Part shown: positions 54,174 to 55,738 of the stretch, piece after piece
Numbering within the stretch: position 1 is the first letter of the stretch
Layout of the letters: every line of letters begins with the position of its first letter
Source of the DNA: an uncultured Dehalococcoidia bacterium
Lineage (GTDB): Bacteria; Chloroflexota; Dehalococcoidia; SZUA-161
Assembly (NCBI GenBank): GCA_964524995.1
Contig: CAZGDV010000004.1
Location: 1 to 55,738, forward strand
Length of the DNA stretch: 55,738 bases
Direction of reading: 5' to 3'
The notes under the pieces: model-generated
Database searches by the model: none
Seen by the model: only the letters and a program-made list of their open reading frames with translations
What the model was told of the DNA's origin: nothing
Made by a program: the position numbers and the translations under genes

Positions 54174-54808
54174 TCCGAACAGATGCGTTCAAGAGTGGTT
54201 GTTCTCAAACACTTGGTGATAAGGTGACATAGCAGGAGGTGAACATCCTCGACCTGTTCCATACAGTGGCACGGTACGGTAATGCATATGTCGGCCATAT
54301 CCTTCAGCTCTCCACCATCGAATCCGGTGAAGCCAATCGTCGTTGCTCCGCTTGCCGCCGCTGCGTCCACCGCCAGCAGTACATTCCTGGAGTTGCCACT
54401 TCCGCTTATCGCAACCAGCACGTCGCCTGGTGAGATCCAGGCAACCATAGACTGGACGAATATCTGATCGTAGGACTCGTCATTGCTCCAGGCCGTAACA
54501 AGCGCGATGTTCTCACACAGGGACCTGGACTTGAACGGGGGCTTGCTTGGTACCATTGCACCCTTGCAGAGGTCCGAGGCAAAGTGGATGGAGGTAGCCG
54601 CCGATCCTCCGTTGCCGCAGGTGAATACCGTTTGCTGCTTCCAGCGCGCTTCCTCCAGGCGGTGGATCACCTGGCCGACCCTATCTATTGGCAACCGCCG
54701 TATCACGTCAACGACGTCGGCCAGATATGAACACACCCCCTCGGCAACACACGAACTGCTTGTGACGTATGTGGAGATGCTCTCCACAATAGAGCTTTCA
54801 GTGGTCAC
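54170..54808 (-). CDS. gmhA: SIS-domain phosphosugar isomerase (GmhA-like)
   Basis: CGNGGSAA..HF..D, TA.SND..Y...F, GDVL.AISGSGNS.NV..A, G..GG.L; GTG 54808 after AAGGA (track start 54883). Confidence 0.88.
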   Translation of the reverse strand: MTTESSIVESISTYVTSSSCVAEGVCSYLADVVDVIRRLPIDRVGQVIHRLEEARWKQQTVFTCGNGGSAATSIHFASDLCKGAMVPSKPPFKSRSLCENIALVTAWSNDESYDQIFVQSMVAWISPGDVLVAISGSGNSRNVLLAVDAAAASGATTIGFTGFDGGELKDMADICITVPCHCMEQVEDVHLLLCHLITKCLRTTTLERICSE

Positions 54809-54915
54809 GTGACAGTTCCTTCCCCGTGAGGCCACCCTGCGCCGAGTGTAGTGCGCAGGTGTCCAACCCAAGTCGAAGTCCAAGCATTCGCGAGTCCATC
54901 ACACATTCAGACAGA

Positions 54916-54999
54916 AGTCTAGACTCGTACGCTGAAAAGCGGGTTAACACACTGCATACGGAATAAGATGACCATGAAAAACGGATTAGAATGAGTTAA
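54916..54999 (-). promoter_or_regulatory. 4+2 array of 11-bp direct repeats plus -10 box (copy 3)
   Basis: Minus strand from 54999: ttaactcattc/taatccgtttt/tcatggtcatc/ttattccgtat, 8-nt gap, ttaacccgctt/ttcagcgtacg, TAGACT at 54921-54916 (offset 78). Confidence 0.8.
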
Positions 55000-55140
55000 T
55001 CCGCTACGTTGGCGTGAGATTGCCGATCCAATGTCCGCACATCCCACACAGTTGGCGGACGCGACTCCATCGCCGGTTGGGACCTTTGCTCTCAGTAGCG
55101 GTCAGTCGAAGAACAGACAACTGGAGTCGCCCCACGGATA

Positions 55141-55169
55141 TTGAAAACAGCGTTGGCGTGTATCATAAT
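55141..55169 (+). promoter_or_regulatory. sigma70-type promoter of the terminal MarR gene
   Basis: TTGAAA (55141-55146), 17 nt spacer, CATAAT (55164-55169). Confidence 0.65.
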
Positions 55170-55270
55170 GTGGGCGGTTGATATCAGGCTGTCTCCCAGG
55201 GTTGGAGGCAAGGCAGACAGAGAATACCCACCATACTGGCTGATAAGTGATAAGTCGGAGGACCATGGCG

Positions 55271-55738
55271 ATGGCTAAAGCCAGCGAGAGAGGGGCCAAG
55301 AGACAACTACAGCGCTCGAAGAAGCCCAACGCCAAACCAGCCAAGATTCACCCGAAGGACGCCCCGGCCGACGCCGACCGCAGACTTTCCACTCTGCTCG
55401 ATCGGGCTAGAGGAGCTGTCGTCAGAGTGAAGGAGAGGGAGTTAGCGCCGGCTGGGATATCCACTGCCGAAGCAGCAGTCCTCTTCGCAATCGACAGTGT
55501 CGGCAACCCTGCCACTCCCTCGACTATCGCGCACTGGATACAGCGTGAACCTCATTCCACATCGAAGCTTCTGCAGCGAATGGAAAGAAAGGGGCTCGTT
55601 ACCAAGACCAAAGACCTGGCTCGCGGGAACTACGTAAGGGTCGAGATGACTGACAAGGGACACGCTGCATACGAGTACTCTCTCGCGGAGCAGAGTTCCG
55701 CCCGTCTCCTGGCATGTCTATCCGATGAGGAGAAGGCG
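55271..55738 (+). CDS. MarR-family transcriptional regulator (3' end runs off the window)
   Basis: Not in the track; translated by hand after GGAGGA: ...RELAPAGISTAEAAVLFAI...PATPSTIAHWIQREPHSTSKLLQRMERKGLVTKTKDLARGNYVRVEMTDKG..AY...LACLSDEEK; alternative ATG 55265. Confidence 0.92.
   Translation, partial: MAKASERGAKRQLQRSKKPNAKPAKIHPKDAPADADRRLSTLLDRARGAVVRVKERELAPAGISTAEAAVLFAIDSVGNPATPSTIAHWIQREPHSTSKLLQRMERKGLVTKTKDLARGNYVRVEMTDKGHAAYEYSLAEQSSARLLACLSDEEKA

Noticed and set aside
34317-54808. LPS inner-core biosynthesis because gmhA, hldE-like and gmhB are present
   Set aside because: No heptosyltransferase (GT9), Kdo, lipid A, WaaL or outer-membrane genes; the only transferases are one GT2 and GT-C-type proteins.
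55032-55130. Inverted repeats GTCCGC/GCGGAC and GCGACTCCA/TGGAGTCGC as an ncRNA or riboswitch
   Set aside because: Short stems with long loops, expected by chance at this GC content; no known riboswitch motif recognised.

Overview
A high-GC window with almost no housekeeping genes. The source is probably a monoderm Chloroflexota (Dehalococcoidia-like) bacterium. This is an inference from the MarR, OmpR and pilin styles and from the absence of secretin or lipid A genes. Four blocks: (1) 1-3791, minus strand: an acetophenone-carboxylase-like (apcABC order) hydantoinase-family operon, truncated at the window edge and divergent from tRNA-Lys(UUU). (2) 4426-17865: a type IV pilus locus with pilin, MshEN-bearing PilB, PilC, three minor pilins, PilO and a PilM-PilN fusion; a four-gene receiver/PAS kinase phosphorelay sits between pilin and pilB. 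(3) 18202-29992: a ~3090-aa soluble histidine kinase (18 PAS + 3 GAF by my count), two OmpR-family regulators and a MarR. (4) 30241-54808: two convergent operons that together look like a surface-glycosylation system. They encode a Pro/Thr-rich surface protein, three GT-C-fold membrane glycosyltransferases (two fused to lectin-like modules, one 1977 aa with five tandem repeats), a flippase, a polyprenol-phosphate-type GT2, and a GmhA/HldE/GmhB + split transketolase + 2 SDR + B12-radical-SAM + HD + LhgO sugar pathway. A second MarR begins at the right edge. The strongest signal not explained by the ORF track is a promoter architecture found three times with the same geometry: 11-bp repeats at offsets 0/11/22/33/52/63 and a -10 box at offset 78. 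It lies upstream of the MarR gene and of both glycosylation operons, which suggests one OmpR-controlled regulon. All family calls come from motif recognition by eye; no database searches were run.
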